Assembly (NCBI GenBank): GCA_007280875.1
Contig: QYQJ01000082.1
Location: 1-57,780 of the forward strand
Length of the DNA: 57,780 nucleotides
DNA from: Bacteroidota bacterium
GTDB lineage: Bacteria > Bacteroidota > Bacteroidia > Bacteroidales > FEN-979
Direction: 5' to 3'
Part shown: in pieces, positions 56,377-57,780 of the stretch
How the letters are laid out: each line of letters starts with the position of its first letter
Position numbering within the stretch: position 1 is the stretch's first letter
The notes under the pieces: model-generated
What the model saw: the letters and a program-made list of their open reading frames with translations, nothing else
Told to the model about the DNA's origin: nothing
Databases searched by the model: none
Program-made: the position numbers and the translations under genes

Positions 56377-57780
56377 ATGGACGAAAAACAAAAACAGCAA
56401 ATAGACGAGATCCTGGAAAGGGCAACCTATGCTGCTGCGATCTTTAACCAGTATGATCAGGCCCACACCGACCGGATTGTAAAGGCGGTCTATAAAGCCG
56501 GGTTGAACAACCGGGTGAAGCTTGCAAAGATGGCGGCCGAAGAGACCCAACTCGGCCGCTGGGAAGATAAAGTAATTAAAAACGTAGTAGCAACCCAGTA
56601 CGTCTACGAAAACCTGAAGAACCAGAAAACCGTAGGCATTATTTCCGAAGATGAGCAAACTGGCATCATTGAAATTGCCCAGCCCATCGGGCCCATCCTG
56701 GCTGTTATACCGGTTACCAATCCTACCTCCACCACACTGTTTAAGATTTTGATTGCCCTTAAAACCCGCAATCCTATCATCATAAGCCCTCACCGGAGAG
56801 CAACCAGATCCTCAATTGAAACAGTGCGAATCTGTTACGAAGCGGCACTGGCTGCTGAGGCTCCCGATGATTGTATCCAGTGGTCAAACCATAAGTCGCG
56901 GGAGGAGACGCTGTACCTGATGCAACACCCGAAGCTGGCATTGATCCTGGCTACCGGAGGGACCGGACTGGTTCACGAAGCATATAGCTCAGGCACTCCC
57001 GCACTGGGTGTAGGGGCCGGAAATGTTCCCGTATATATTGAGAAATCGGCTGATATCCCTTTTGCCGTAGAGCAGCTGATACGATCCAAGACGTTCGATA
57101 ACGGAACCATCTGTGCCAGCGAGCAGGCCCTGGTGGTTGAAAAGGAAATTGCCACGAAAGTGATAGAAGAGATGAAGAATCAGGGAGCCTATTTTCTTAA
57201 TCCGGAAGAGATAAAAGCAGTGGAGAAGGTAGCCTGGTTCGCCGGGAGCAAATCGATGAGCCCCGAAATTGTGGGTCAGTCTGTAGAGAAGATCGCTGCC
57301 ATGGCAGATATCAGCGTTCCTGAAAATACGCGTATCCTGGTAGCTCCACTGGAAAAGATTGGAGATGAAGAACCGCTCTCTTCGGAGATCCTAGCCCCCA
57401 TCCTGGCATACTACGAAGCAGATGATTTCGATGATGCCATCAGGAAATGCATCGATCTCAATTACCACGGTGGAATTGGCCATACGGCCTCCATCTTCTC
57501 ATACGACGAAGAGAAAATCCGTAAATTTTCCATCATGATGAATGCGGGCAGAATTGTGGTTAACATGCCCGCTTCTCAAGGAGCGGTTGGTTCTCTGTAT
57601 AATACACTTGAACCCTCTTTCACGCTGGGCTGCGGAACAGCCGGTAAAAACATCACAACCGATAATGTGTCGGCACGTCACCTGCTGAACATCCAGCGGA
57701 TCACCCGCCGCCGGATGAATGTACGGATGCTCAACCTCGGATTTGATATTTACCTGGACGAATCGATCGATGCTGACACC
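56377..57780 (+). CDS. adhE: Aldehyde-alcohol dehydrogenase, acetaldehyde-CoA dehydrogenase domain (3' end outside window)
   Basis: The frame is open from the ATG at 56377 to the window end (468 codons), and it is absent from the ORF track because it has no stop. Motifs: PVTNPTSTT, ATGGTGLV, and catalytic FDNGTICASEQ. Confidence 0.85.
   Translation, partial: MDEKQKQQIDEILERATYAAAIFNQYDQAHTDRIVKAVYKAGLNNRVKLAKMAAEETQLGRWEDKVIKNVVATQYVYENLKNQKTVGIISEDEQTGIIEIAQPIGPILAVIPVTNPTSTTLFKILIALKTRNPIIISPHRRATRSSIETVRICYEAALAAEAPDDCIQWSNHKSREETLYLMQHPKLALILATGGTGLVHEAYSSGTPALGVGAGNVPVYIEKSADIPFAVEQLIRSKTFDNGTICASEQALVVEKEIATKVIEEMKNQGAYFLNPEEIKAVEKVAWFAGSKSMSPEIVGQSVEKIAAMADISVPENTRILVAPLEKIGDEEPLSSEILAPILAYYEADDFDDAIRKCIDLNYHGGIGHTASIFSYDEEKIRKFSIMMNAGRIVVNMPASQGAVGSLYNTLEPSFTLGCGTAGKNITTDNVSARHLLNIQRITRRRMNVRMLNLGFDIYLDESIDADT

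Overview
The window looks like a Bacteroidota chromosomal segment. Evidence: two proteins with T9SS C-terminal sorting domains, a GldH-like lipoprotein, and TAnnTTTG -7 promoter boxes 10-11 nt upstream of all three tRNA genes. It is mostly housekeeping. Recognisable genes are mnmG, ybeY, cysC, gltX, tRNA-Gln, glnS, folB, tRNA-Cys, mreBCD, purH, udk, an arsR-arsC-arsM-acr3 arsenic operon, tRNA-Ala, thpR, an ECF sigma pair, lutB, rpiB, nadA, a pseudouridine synthase, dnaG, a PHP histidinol phosphatase, a U32 peptidase and a 3'-truncated adhE. No transposase, integrase, CRISPR array, rRNA or recognisable defence system was seen. Four things stand out. (1) Three phase-locked heptanucleotide tandem arrays lie within 1.75 kb (51.2-53.0 kb). 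Two are translated in-frame inside convergent genes and share the unit AGGGTCA in inverted orientation. (2) A 428-nt very AT-rich intergenic region (35303-35730) carries a perfect DnaA box and sits exactly where coding-strand bias flips from mostly minus to mostly plus, so it is a candidate oriC. (3) Nine co-directional genes (35731-48342) have no gap above 29 nt. The string ends in a REC-PAS regulator, an active/inactive transglutaminase-like pair, a Cys-less asparagine-synthetase-like enzyme, a formyltransferase fused to a beta-propeller-like domain, and a MOP flippase, with no glycosyltransferase. This may be an uncharacterised envelope-modification module. (4) An exact 16-nt near-palindrome brackets mnmG. 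All family calls rest on motif recognition by eye; no searches were run.
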